A DNA stretch of 64,000 nt, from the NCBI GenBank assembly GCA_002415845.1, contig DIAR01000010.1, positions 12,920-76,919 on the forward strand, written 5' to 3'. This document shows positions 1 through 9,565 of the stretch, one piece after another. The position numbers and the translations under genes are program-made. How positions within the stretch are numbered: the first letter of the stretch is position 1; every line of letters begins with the position of its first letter. Origin of the DNA: Candidatus Woesebacteria bacterium UBA5073 (lineage in GTDB: Bacteria; Patescibacteriota; Microgenomatia; UBA8517). The notes beneath the pieces are model-generated. The model was not told where the DNA came from, ran no database searches, and worked only from the letters and a program-made list of their open reading frames with translations.

Positions 1-125
1 CTTTCCTCATAAACTCTGACGGCTTGAGCCAATAAGGCTAGATTTTCTTTTTCTTCAAAACCTTTAGGCAGAGTTGTCTCTTCCAATTTAGTTCCTTTAA
101 CGGAATAGGTTATAACTTTAAGCAT
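1..125 (-). CDS. rplD: 50S ribosomal protein L4 (5' part, runs off window)
   Basis: Manual translation from ATG at 125 gives MLKVITYSVKGTKLEETTLPKGFEEKENLALLAQAVRVYEE; overlaps the rplC stop; L4 position in the S10 operon. Confidence 0.85.
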   Translation of the reverse strand, partial: MLKVITYSVKGTKLEETTLPKGFEEKENLALLAQAVRVYEE

Positions 126-903
126 TGGCAACTTCCTCCTTCTTTTCTTCCGGCTTTACGGCCTGACTTCCTTCAGTTTTTACTTCACCTTCGGCTTCCG
201 GTTCACCTTCAACAATGGCGGCCTGGACTTCAACGATACCTTCCAACTTGCCTTTGGAAACTCTTTTTAAGATTAAGGGGGCTCCGGTAACTCCAGGAAC
301 AGGGCCTGATACTTCCATCTCATTTGTCTCATCGTCTAAAGACACCACCTGTAGGTTTTTAACGGTTACCCGATCACTACCCATTCTGCCGGCCATGTGT
401 TTGCCTTTGTAAATTCTACCCGGAGTTGTTCCTGCACCAATTGAACCGGGAGCTCTTTCTCGATCAGATTGTCCGTGGGTTCTGGGACCACCATGAAAAT
501 GCCACCTTTTGACGGCTCCGGCAAAACCTTTGCCTTTGGATATTCCGGTGACATTGATAACATCCCCTAAACTAAAAATATCAGAGAGGGTTATTGTGTC
601 TCCGATTTTGATAGCTTCATTTTGTTTATTTTGGGGTTCTTTATCAAACTTAACTTCGAGAAGATAGCGGGGGGCGGTATTGTTCTTAATGATGGTTTTA
701 AGATGTCCCTGAAGAGCTTTACTTACATTCTTGGTCGTCCTTTCACCTACACCCAATTGCAGGCCCCAATAGCCGTCTTTTTCCATCGTTTTAACCTGGG
801 TAACCACGCAAGGGGCAACCTTGACCTTGGTGACGGTTACTCTTCGACCCTCAACAAAGGTTTGGCTCATTTTTTCTTTTAAACCGATAATGGTATTAAG
901 CAT
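118..903 (-). CDS. rplC: 50S ribosomal protein L3 (likely start ATG 903; acidic C-terminal extension)
   Basis: L3 motifs GKGFAGAVKRWHF, THGQSDRERAPGSIG, GKHMAGRMG. Confidence 0.97.
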   Translation of the reverse strand: MLNTIIGLKEKMSQTFVEGRRVTVTKVKVAPCVVTQVKTMEKDGYWGLQLGVGERTTKNVSKALQGHLKTIIKNNTAPRYLLEVKFDKEPQNKQNEAIKIGDTITLSDIFSLGDVINVTGISKGKGFAGAVKRWHFHGGPRTHGQSDRERAPGSIGAGTTPGRIYKGKHMAGRMGSDRVTVKNLQVVSLDDETNEMEVSGPVPGVTGAPLILKRVSKGKLEGIVEVQAAIVEGEPEAEGEVKTEGSQAVKPEEKKEEVANA

Positions 904-915
904 GATTTTAAGCAC

Positions 916-938
916 AAAAAAAGGTGCCGGAGCACCTT
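916..938 (-). terminator. Intrinsic-terminator-like hairpin in the rplC 5' leader
   Basis: Minus strand AAGGTGC-TCCG-GCACCTT running into a T7 tract, 12 nt before the rplC ATG. Confidence 0.6.
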
Positions 939-1007
939 ACCTTCCTTAGGCACTTCCTGCTTACCTTAAGTGGTTAATCTTTTAAGATCACCTCCACGAT
1001 AGGGCAA

Positions 1008-1036
1008 ATTATAGCAAAGCTGAGGCGGGTAAGCAA
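1008..1036 (-). promoter_or_regulatory. sigma70-type promoter between rpsJ and rplC
   Basis: TTGCTT-N17-TATAAT with extended -10 TGn. Confidence 0.65.
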
Positions 1037-1047
1037 GTGAGGAACCC

Positions 1048-1356
1048 TTACATCTTGATCTCGATGGAGACTCCGGCGGGAAGTTCGAGATTGGACAAGG
1101 AATCAATGGTTCTTTCGGACGGATCGACCAGGTCGATGAGCCTTTTGTGAACCAAAACTTCAAAGTGTTCCTGAGCGTCTTTATCGGTAAAAGGCGATTC
1201 TTTAACCGCCATAACCGTTCTTTTTGTGGGTAAGGGGATGGGACCGACGATTTTTGCACCCGTTGCCAGAGCTGTATCCAATATTTTAGCCGCCGCTTCG
1301 TCGAGAACGCGGTGGTCATAACTCTTTAGTTTGACTCGAAGTCTACCTGCTGGCAT
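1048..1356 (-). CDS. rpsJ: 30S ribosomal protein S10
   Basis: RVKLKSYDHRVLD, GPIPLPT, HKRLIDL, LPAGVSIEIK. Confidence 0.98.
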   Translation of the reverse strand: MPAGRLRVKLKSYDHRVLDEAAAKILDTALATGAKIVGPIPLPTKRTVMAVKESPFTDKDAQEHFEVLVHKRLIDLVDPSERTIDSLSNLELPAGVSIEIKM

Positions 1357-1379
1357 TTTGGGTTAAGGTACTAAAAATA

Positions 1380-2579
1380 TTAAGCAATTATTTTGGTGAT
1401 GGCTCCGGCTCCAACCGTGCTGCCACCTTCTCTGATTGCAAATCTAAAGCCTTCTTCCATGGCGACCGGTGAAATCAATTTAACTTTCATTTTGGCACTG
1501 TCTCCAGGCATAACCATTTCAATTCCTTCAGGAAGAGTCACTTCTCCTGTTATATCAGAAGTCTTAATGTAGAATTGTGGTTTGTAACCGGTAAAGAAAG
1601 GTGTATGTCGTCCACCCTCTTCTTTGGAAAGAATATAAACTTCGGCTTCAAAATCGGTGTGAGGGGTAATTGAACCCGGTTTGGCCAAGACCTGACCACG
1701 TTCAACATCGTCTTTTTCAACACCTCGAAGAAGAACTCCGACGTTGTCGCCGGCCAAAGTTTCATCCAAGGTCTTTCTGAACATCTCAAGACCGGTAACA
1801 ACCGTTTTCTTGGTGTCTTTAAGACCGACAATCTCGATTTCCTCGTTAATCTTTAAGGTTCCTCTTTCAACTCTTCCGGTCACGACCGTGCCTCGTCCTT
1901 TAATAGCAAAGACGTCTTCAACCGGCATTAAGAACGGTTTTTCAGAATCACGAACAGGATCAGGAATGTAGTTATCAACCGCATCCATCAAAGCTACGAT
2001 TTGTTTTTCGGCTTCGGCATCACCCTCCAAGGCTTTCAAGGCGGAACCCCTGATTATCGGGACTTCATCGCCAGGAAACTCGTATTTCTTTAAAAGTTCC
2101 CTGACATCGGCTTCGACCAAATCAATGATTTCTGGATCGTCAACCGTGTCAACTTTGTTTAAGAAAACAACGATAGCCGGAACATTGACCTGTCTGGCCA
2201 AAATAACGTGCTCTCTGGTTTGAGGCATTGGACCGTCGGCGGCTGAGATAACCAAAATAGCACCGTCCATTTGGGCGGCACCGGTAATCATGTTTTTGAT
2301 GTAATCAGCATGACCAGGAGCATCAATATGAGCATAATGCCTCTTGGCTGTTTCATATTCAATGTGGGAAATGTTAATCGTAACGCCTCTTTCTTTTTCT
2401 TCAGGAGCGTTATCGATTTCGTCGAACTTGTAGGCTTTGGTGTTATTACCCGGTTGCTTGGATAAAACCGTGCTGATGGCGGCGGTTAAAGTGGTTTTTC
2501 CATGATCAACATGACCAATCGTACCGACATTTACGTGTGGTTTGGTTCTGTCAAATTTTTGTTTAGCTTCGCCTGCCAT
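1380..2579 (-). CDS. tuf: Elongation factor Tu
   Basis: [31 protein letters not shown] motifs. Confidence 0.99.
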   Translation of the reverse strand: MAGEAKQKFDRTKPHVNVGTIGHVDHGKTTLTAAISTVLSKQPGNNTKAYKFDEIDNAPEEKERGVTINISHIEYETAKRHYAHIDAPGHADYIKNMITGAAQMDGAILVISAADGPMPQTREHVILARQVNVPAIVVFLNKVDTVDDPEIIDLVEADVRELLKKYEFPGDEVPIIRGSALKALEGDAEAEKQIVALMDAVDNYIPDPVRDSEKPFLMPVEDVFAIKGRGTVVTGRVERGTLKINEEIEIVGLKDTKKTVVTGLEMFRKTLDETLAGDNVGVLLRGVEKDDVERGQVLAKPGSITPHTDFEAEVYILSKEEGGRHTPFFTGYKPQFYIKTSDITGEVTLPEGIEMVMPGDSAKMKVKLISPVAMEEGFRFAIREGGSTVGAGAITKIIA

Positions 2580-2587
2580 GATAGTGT

Positions 2588-2673
2588 ATTATAATATCTT
2601 TCCTTTAAAGAAACAAGGGCACTAAAAGCCCTTACTAACTCATATTATAGCCAAGGCTAATTGTGCCTGTCAA
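2588..2673 (-). promoter_or_regulatory. Tandem tuf promoters separated by a hairpin
   Basis: TTGACA-N18-TATAAT (2673-2644); hairpin AAGGGC-N7-GCCCTT (2633-2615); TTGTTT-N17-TATAAT (2616-2588) ending 8 nt before ATG. Confidence 0.6.
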
Positions 2674-2683
2674 GAAGAGGTTT

Positions 2684-4855
2684 TTACTGTCCCCTTGCCA
2701 TGACCACCTTGCCGGCTTTGGCCACAATACCTTCGGTAATATTCTTCGGAACTTCCTCATAGTGGGACGGCTCCATATAGTATGAAGCCCTGCCTTGAGA
2801 AAGAGATCTTAACTTCGTTGCATAACCGGACAGTTCGGCCAAAGGAGCCTGGGCGTTGATAATCGTCATCATGCCCTTCTTTTCCGTTCCCTGGATTTGA
2901 GCTCTCTTGGATGATAAATCACCAATGACATCACCCATAAATTCCTCTGGTGTTGAAACTTCAACCTTCATCACCGGCTCCAAAAGAATCATGTCGGCTC
3001 TTCTGGCCGCTTCTTCCAGTGCCAAGGATCCGGCAATCTTAAAGGCTATTTCTGAAGAATCAACATCATGGAAAGAACCGTCAAAGACGGCTACTTTCAT
3101 ATCAACCATCGGGAAACCGGCCAAAATACCGTTTTCCATCTTTTCTTTGACACCTTTTTCAATCGGTGAAATAAATTCCTGAGGAATGGCTCCACCTTTG
3201 ATTTCGCTTTTAAATTCAAAGCCTTCTCCTCGTCCTTTAGGTTCAATTCTGAGTAAACAATGTCCATACTGTCCCCGGCCTCCGGTTTGTCTGATATATT
3301 TACCTTCTCCTTCGGCAATCTTTTTGATTGTTTCTTTATAAGCAACCTGGGGCGCACCGGTTGTAGCTTCAACGTTAAATTCCCGCTTCATCCGGTCAAC
3401 CAAAACTTCCAGTTGTAATTCCCCCATTCCGGCAATAATCGTTTGTCCGGTTTCCTGATTGGATTTAATCCTGAAGGTCGGATCCTCATCAGATAATTTC
3501 CCTAAAGCGATACCCATCTTCTCCTGATCGGATTTGGTTGCCGGCTCAATGGCCAACGAGATAACCGGTTCGGGAAAATTAATCGATTCCAAAGTAATTA
3601 GATGCCCCGGATCGCAAACCGTATCTCCGGTGGTAGTTTCTTTAATACCGACCGCAGCCACGATTTCTCCGGCAAAAGCCGTTTCAATCAATTCTCTTTG
3701 ATCGGCATGCAAAAGGACCAATTTTCCGATTCTTTCTTCTTTTTGCCTGGTGGCATTGTAAATAACCTGACCGGATGACAGTTTGCCAGAGTAAATTCTC
3801 AAATAAACCAAACGGCCGACATGCGGATCGGTCATAACTTTAAAAGCCAAACCTGAAAAAGGAGCTTCATTTTTTCTTTCCCGAACTGCTTTCTCCCCGG
3901 TTTTGGTGTCAATTCCCTCAACAGCCGGTAAATCCAAAGGTGAAGGCAGAAATTCAACGACACCGTTTAAAAGAAGTTGAGCTTCGGCCGTTCTGTTGTC
4001 GCCACCGAAAATCGGGAAGAATTTGCCGGAAATAACGCCTTTTCGAATGGCGCCTTTAAGCTCGTCATCGGTTGGTTCCTGGCCTTCCAGGTATTTATTT
4101 AAGGTTACATCATCATATTCGGACACTTTTTCAATTAAAAGGTGGCGGTATTTTTTGGCTTCCTCTAAAAACTCAGCCGGAATTTCTTCCTCAGTTAAGG
4201 CTGCATCCTCAACGGCTTTATAAGTTAAAGCCTTCATCTTAATTAAATCAACCACACCCCGGTGTTCATGTTCCTGGCCAATCGGAATAATAACCGGTGC
4301 GGCATTGGCGCCTAATCTTTCCTTAATTGATTTAAGGCTGCCTTCAAAATCGGCCCCGATCAGATTTAATTTGTTCAAAACACAGATTCTGGGAACATTG
4401 TAGCGGTCGGCCTGTCGCCAAACGGTTTCCGATTGGGATTCAACTCCGGTTCGACCGTCAAAAACCATGATGGCGCCGTCCAAAACCCTCAAAGATCTTT
4501 CGACTTCAGCCGTAAAATCAATGTGTCCCGGGGTATCGATAATATTAATTCGGTAATGACCTTCGGGAACGGATGAAGCTTTCTTTAAATCCCAAAAAGT
4601 GGTGATAGCGGCCGAAACAATCGTAATTCCTCTTTCTCGCTCTTGTGCCATCCAGTCGGTAACGGTCGTTCCCTCGTCAACCGAACCTTGTTTGTAGGTT
4701 TTTCCGGTTTCAAAAAGAATTCGCTCTGTAGTGGTTGTTTTTCCGGCGTCGATATGGGCAATAATCCCGATGTTTCTGATTCTTTCCAAAGGAACTTCAC
4801 GATCCTTAGTGATCGTCATGACCATTGCCGATTTTTTCTTTTGTACTTCTGCCAT
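2684..4855 (-). CDS. fusA: Elongation factor G (atypical G4/G5 motifs)
   Basis: [40 protein letters not shown]; position between rpsG and tuf. Confidence 0.98.
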   Translation of the reverse strand: MAEVQKKKSAMVMTITKDREVPLERIRNIGIIAHIDAGKTTTTERILFETGKTYKQGSVDEGTTVTDWMAQERERGITIVSAAITTFWDLKKASSVPEGHYRINIIDTPGHIDFTAEVERSLRVLDGAIMVFDGRTGVESQSETVWRQADRYNVPRICVLNKLNLIGADFEGSLKSIKERLGANAAPVIIPIGQEHEHRGVVDLIKMKALTYKAVEDAALTEEEIPAEFLEEAKKYRHLLIEKVSEYDDVTLNKYLEGQEPTDDELKGAIRKGVISGKFFPIFGGDNRTAEAQLLLNGVVEFLPSPLDLPAVEGIDTKTGEKAVRERKNEAPFSGLAFKVMTDPHVGRLVYLRIYSGKLSSGQVIYNATRQKEERIGKLVLLHADQRELIETAFAGEIVAAVGIKETTTGDTVCDPGHLITLESINFPEPVISLAIEPATKSDQEKMGIALGKLSDEDPTFRIKSNQETGQTIIAGMGELQLEVLVDRMKREFNVEATTGAPQVAYKETIKKIAEGEGKYIRQTGGRGQYGHCLLRIEPKGRGEGFEFKSEIKGGAIPQEFISPIEKGVKEKMENGILAGFPMVDMKVAVFDGSFHDVDSSEIAFKIAGSLALEEAARRADMILLEPVMKVEVSTPEEFMGDVIGDLSSKRAQIQGTEKKGMMTIINAQAPLAELSGYATKLRSLSQGRASYYMEPSHYEEVPKNITEGIVAKAGKVVMARGQ

Positions 4856-4884
4856 TGTTCTATTCTATAAAAGGTGAATTATCT

Positions 4885-5364
4885 TTACCACCTGAAGTGG
4901 GCAAAAGCCCGATTGGCTTCGGCCATTTTTTCCATTTCCAGTCTTTTCTTAACGGCAGCCCCCTCACCTTTTTGGGCATCAATTATCTCGGCCGCCAATT
5001 TGGCAGCAAAAGTGTGGTATTCCGAATTGCTTCTGGCCCTGGCGGCTATAATCAACCATCTTAAGGCTAAAGAATCCCTTCTTTCTCCCCGGACACTCAT
5101 CGGGACCTGATAGGCGGCACCGCCGACTCTTCGGGGCCTGACTTCCATCGTCGGTCTGATTTTTTCCATGGCTTCATCAAAAACCTTTGTTGGCTCTTCT
5201 TTGGTTTTTTCGGCGATCAGCTCAAAAGCACCGTAAACTTCTTTTTGGGCAACCGATTTCTTGCCATCATGCATCGTCCGGTTAATAAGCTTGGTCACTA
5301 CTTTGCTTTTATAAATCGGGTCAACTTCAACGTCTCTGACTCGTGCTTGTCCACGTCTGGCCAT
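4885..5364 (-). CDS. rpsG: 30S ribosomal protein S7
   Basis: DGKKSVA, RRVGGAAYQVP, AEANRAFAHFRW. Confidence 0.98.
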   Translation of the reverse strand: MARRGQARVRDVEVDPIYKSKVVTKLINRTMHDGKKSVAQKEVYGAFELIAEKTKEEPTKVFDEAMEKIRPTMEVRPRRVGGAAYQVPMSVRGERRDSLALRWLIIAARARSNSEYHTFAAKLAAEIIDAQKGEGAAVKKRLEMEKMAEANRAFAHFRW

Positions 5365-5367
5365 ATT

Positions 5368-5826
5368 TTACGGTGTAACCGGTGCTTCAGCGGCCGGAGC
5401 GGCTGCTTTTTTCGGTGCACTTCCTTTCTTTGTTCCATAACGGCTTCGACCCTGTTGTCGGCCAACCACACCCGTCGTGTCAAATTTACCCCGAACGACA
5501 TGGTATTTAACACCCGGTAAGTCTTTAACCCTTCCACCCCTGACCATGACAATTGAATGTTCGGCCAATTCATGACCTTCACCCATGATGTAGGCGGTAA
5601 TTTCCTGTTTATTGGATAATCTGACTCTGGCCACTTTCCGCAAAGCGGAATTTGGTTTCTTCGGGGTCATCGTTCTGACAGAAAGAACAACTCCTCTTTT
5701 AAACGGAGAGGACTGCTCGGAAAACTTTCGTTCTCTGGCATTAAACCACTTGCTCAAAGAGACGGTCTTTTTCTTTTTGAGAATTCTTTTTCGGCCTTTT
5801 CTGACTAATTGTGAGACGGTTGGCAT
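5368..5826 (-). CDS. rpsL: 30S ribosomal protein S12
   Basis: [27 protein letters not shown]. Confidence 0.99.
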   Translation of the reverse strand: MPTVSQLVRKGRKRILKKKKTVSLSKWFNARERKFSEQSSPFKRGVVLSVRTMTPKKPNSALRKVARVRLSNKQEITAYIMGEGHELAEHSIVMVRGGRVKDLPGVKYHVVRGKFDTTGVVGRQQGRSRYGTKKGSAPKKAAAPAAEAPVTP

Positions 5827-5834
5827 AAAAATTA

Positions 5835-8800
5835 TTATATCTTACCTTCGGCAATCTTGGCCCGATCATAACTGACAGGAATCAACCTGCCGATAATAAC
5901 GTTCTCTTTAAGACCGACCAACCTGTCTTCTTTACCCTGAAGGGCGGCGTTGGCCAAAACATCGGTGGTTTGTTCAAATGATGCGGCCGACAGCCAGCTT
6001 TCGGTATATAAGGCACGTCTGGTGATGCCTAAAACAACCTGTTGAGCCGAAGCCGGTTCACCGCCAGCAGCCAACACTCTTTCGTTTTCTTCTTCAAAGG
6101 AAGCTTTGTCGGTTAAATCACTCGGTAAGAAATGAGTATCACCCGGTGTAACAATTCTGACCTCATCGCTCATTTTTCGGATAATCGTTTCAAAATGGCG
6201 ATCGTTAATCGGAATTCCCTGAGATTCATAAACTTTTTGGATTTCGTTAACAACATATTCTTGGGAAGCTCTTAAACCTTTAATCGAAAGGATTTCTTTG
6301 ATATCTAAGGCTCCGGCCGCCAGTTGAGCTCCGGCTTCAATTAATTGTTTATCTTCAACCGCCAGTTTAATCGTTTTGGGAATAATGTATTCTCTTTCCT
6401 CTTTTGGTTTGGTATTAACCGAGGTAACGGTTACTTTCCAACCCTCATCGGTTTCAAGAACTTTAACTTTTCCGGAAATTTCGGATAAGGGGGACAAGAC
6501 TTTCGGAATTCTGGCTTCAAATAATTCTTCCACCCGGGGAAGTCCCTGGGTCACGTCAAGACCGATAATTCCTCCCATGTGTTTGGTCTTTAAGGTCAAC
6601 TGTGTTCCCGGTTCTCCAATTGACTGGGCGGCAATAACCCCAACAGGAGTACCTATTTCAACCATCTTTTTATTTGACAAATCCAAACCGTAACAGGCGG
6701 CACACATACCGTATCTGGAAGTACAGGTTAAGGGCGATCTGATAATAACTTCAGCGATACCGTCAAGGTCGATTTGGTTGGCTTTGACTTCATCAATCAA
6801 TCCATCTTTTTCAACAATTACTTTTTTACTCTTGGGAGAAATAATCTCGTTTAGGGAAATTCGGCCAACGATTCTTTGCACAAAGCTGGCTGATCGGATA
6901 GACTTTTTAATAACCAAGCCTTCTTTGGTACCGCAGTCATATTGCCTGACAATCAAGTCGTGCGCCACATCGACCAATCTTCGGGTCAAATATCCGGCAT
7001 CGGCTGTCTTAATGGCCGTATCAGTTAAACCTTTTCTGGAACCTCTTGAGGAGGTAACGTATTCAAAAACCGAAAGACCTTCTCTAAAATTAGCCTTAAT
7101 CGGCAATTCGACAATTTTGCCTAAGGGGTCAACAATCAAACCTCTCATGGCGGCCAATTGTTTAACCTGATCCTTTGAAGCACGTCCGACCTTGGCTTCA
7201 ATAACCACCTTGATTGGTGAATTTTTGTCCATTGCCTCCCAGGTTTTGTCGGCCAAATCTTCAGAGACTTCAATCCAAACTTCCTGCGAAAGTCGTTTCT
7301 TTTCTTCAGCCGTAATCAAACCGGTGGCAAAATTATTTTCAATCTCAGAAACCCGATTTTCGGCCAACTTAATCAATTGGGCCTTTTCGGGTAAAACCTT
7401 GGCATCGAAAATACCAAAGGAAATACCGGATAAAGTACAACCGAAAAAGCCAAGCTGTTTAATAGCATCAATCATTTCAACAACCCTTTCTTTCGAAACA
7501 ACCGAATAGGCTTTGGTAAATAAAGTTTTAATAATCGTGGACGTAACCTGTTCATTAACAAAGTCAAAACTTTCGGGTAAAACTTCATTGAAAAGAACCC
7601 GACCGGCCGTGGTTTCGATAATTTTTCCGCCCAGGCGAACATTTATTTTTTGACGGGGATGAATTCTTCCCGTTTGATAGGCAAAAACAACTTCCTCTTT
7701 GTCGGCAAAAGTACCTTTATAAGCTTCGATTCTTGAATCCTCGCTGGTTAAATAGAACACACCCAAAGCCATTTCTTTGGAAGCCGGAGTTGAAACCGGT
7801 GCGCCGTCGGACGGTCTTAAAAGATTATGTTCCGGTAGCATCAGGTTCTTGGCTTCATCAATCGCTTTTTGCGATAAAGGAACATGAACGGCCATTTGGT
7901 CTCCGTCAAAGTCGGCATTGAAACCGGCACAGACGGCGGGATGAAGTCTGATGGCATTTCCTTCAATCAATAAAGGATAGAAAGCCTGCATGGAAAGCTT
8001 ATGTAAGGTCGGAGCACGGTTAAGAATAACCGGATGATTTTGGGTAATTTCTTCCAAGATATCAAAGACTTCGGGCGGACGTCTATCAAGCATGTTTTTG
8101 GCACTTCGAACGTTCGGGGCAATACCACGGGTTATCATCTCCCGCAAAACAAAAGGCTTAAACATTTCCAAGGCCATTTCCTTAGGCAAACCACATTGGG
8201 AAATCTTTAATTCCGGTCCAACGATAATAACAGAACGGCCCGAATAATCGACTCTTTTACCCAATAAGTTTTGTCTGAAACGTCCCTGTTTTCCACGAAG
8301 CATATCGGAAAGAGATCGAAGAGTCTGTTTGCCCCTGCCTCTTCTGACGGCTTTTCTTTGTGATGCATCGACCAAAGAATCAACGGCTTCCTGAAGCATT
8401 CTTTTTTCATTTCTCAAAATAATCTCCGGAGCACCCAAAGAAATTAAGTGTTTCAGACGGTTGTTGCGGTTAATTACCCTTCGGTAAAGATCATTTAAGT
8501 CGGAGGTGGCAAACCTGCCTCCCGACAACTGAACCATTGGTCGCAAGTCCGGAGGAAGTACCGGTAAAACTCTAAGAACCATCCAGGACGGATTAATCTT
8601 GGCTCTTTTCAAACCATCGGCCAATTTTAATCTCTTGGCCAATTTAACAAACTTGGCGCTTGAACCTTTGGTTTCTTCGATTTCCTTTCGCAAGGAAACA
8701 ACCAATTCTTCAACGTTAATTTTTTCGATAGCTGAAAGGACGGCATCGGCGCCCATCTTGGCGGTCACAAAGTCGGTGGCATCATAGTTAGCCAAACCGT

Positions 8801-9563
8801 CATATTCTTCTTCGGATAAAACGGAAAGAACGGCTACATTCTTAACAATGGAGGTTAAATTTTCAAAAACCTGACCGGTTTTATCCAAAGTGCTCTTTTC
8901 TTCCTCGGAAAGGGCCGTTTCTTTCTTCCTTAAATCCAAATCAACTTCCGACTTGGCCAGGGCCAATTGTTCTTTGTCTTTAATTTTGGCCGTAATTTTT
9001 TCTTTGGCTTCCTTTGATTCCGTTCCCAAAATCTCTTTGCGGGTTTTGAACTCTTCGTTGATTTCGGTAAATCTTTCGTCACAAACTTTTTGTAGGGCTT
9101 TAATGGTTTCTTTTCTCTTCTCTTCATCAACGGCCGTAACCAAATAACGGGCAAAATAAATAACCTGCTCGATGGCTCTGGGCGGAATACCCAAAATCAA
9201 AGAAATCTTGGAAGGTGCTCCTTTGAAAAACCAAACATGGGCAACCGGGGTGGCTAAGGTAATATGCCCCATTCTTTCCCGTCTGACTCTGGATTGAGTT
9301 ACCTCAACACCGCATTTATCACAAACCACTCCCTTATATCTGATCCTTTTGTATTTGCCGCAGTAACATTCCCAATCCTTGGTCGGACCAAAGATGCGTT
9401 CATCAAAAAGACCGTCTTTTTCCGGCTTTAAGGTTCGGTAATTAATTGTTTCCGGTTTGGTTACCTCACCACGCGACCAGGCCCTGATATCCTCCGGGGA
9501 GGCCAAGGTAATAACCAAACTCTTAAAATCGGCTAATGTTTTCAAATCTGATAATGGTTCCAT
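5835..9563 (-). CDS. rpoC: RNA polymerase beta' subunit
   Basis: NADFDGDQM catalytic motif, N-terminal Zn ribbon [28 protein letters not shown]. Confidence 0.99.
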   Translation of the reverse strand: MEPLSDLKTLADFKSLVITLASPEDIRAWSRGEVTKPETINYRTLKPEKDGLFDERIFGPTKDWECYCGKYKRIRYKGVVCDKCGVEVTQSRVRRERMGHITLATPVAHVWFFKGAPSKISLILGIPPRAIEQVIYFARYLVTAVDEEKRKETIKALQKVCDERFTEINEEFKTRKEILGTESKEAKEKITAKIKDKEQLALAKSEVDLDLRKKETALSEEEKSTLDKTGQVFENLTSIVKNVAVLSVLSEEEYDGLANYDATDFVTAKMGADAVLSAIEKINVEELVVSLRKEIEETKGSSAKFVKLAKRLKLADGLKRAKINPSWMVLRVLPVLPPDLRPMVQLSGGRFATSDLNDLYRRVINRNNRLKHLISLGAPEIILRNEKRMLQEAVDSLVDASQRKAVRRGRGKQTLRSLSDMLRGKQGRFRQNLLGKRVDYSGRSVIIVGPELKISQCGLPKEMALEMFKPFVLREMITRGIAPNVRSAKNMLDRRPPEVFDILEEITQNHPVILNRAPTLHKLSMQAFYPLLIEGNAIRLHPAVCAGFNADFDGDQMAVHVPLSQKAIDEAKNLMLPEHNLLRPSDGAPVSTPASKEMALGVFYLTSEDSRIEAYKGTFADKEEVVFAYQTGRIHPRQKINVRLGGKIIETTAGRVLFNEVLPESFDFVNEQVTSTIIKTLFTKAYSVVSKERVVEMIDAIKQLGFFGCTLSGISFGIFDAKVLPEKAQLIKLAENRVSEIENNFATGLITAEEKKRLSQEVWIEVSEDLADKTWEAMDKNSPIKVVIEAKVGRASKDQVKQLAAMRGLIVDPLGKIVELPIKANFREGLSVFEYVTSSRGSRKGLTDTAIKTADAGYLTRRLVDVAHDLIVRQYDCGTKEGLVIKKSIRSASFVQRIVGRISLNEIISPKSKKVIVEKDGLIDEVKANQIDLDGIAEVIIRSPLTCTSRYGMCAACYGLDLSNKKMVEIGTPVGVIAAQSIGEPGTQLTLKTKHMGGIIGLDVTQGLPRVEELFEARIPKVLSPLSEISGKVKVLETDEGWKVTVTSVNTKPKEEREYIIPKTIKLAVEDKQLIEAGAQLAAGALDIKEILSIKGLRASQEYVVNEIQKVYESQGIPINDRHFETIIRKMSDEVRIVTPGDTHFLPSDLTDKASFEEENERVLAAGGEPASAQQVVLGITRRALYTESWLSAASFEQTTDVLANAALQGKEDRLVGLKENVIIGRLIPVSYDRAKIAEGKI

Positions 9564-9565
9564 AT

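Noticed and set aside
966-1319. Alternate-frame ORF over rpsJ, and the many antisense ORFs (e.g. 21343-21819, 25846-26346, 40551-41099)
   Set aside because: These are shadows of well-supported genes, with no recognisable motifs.
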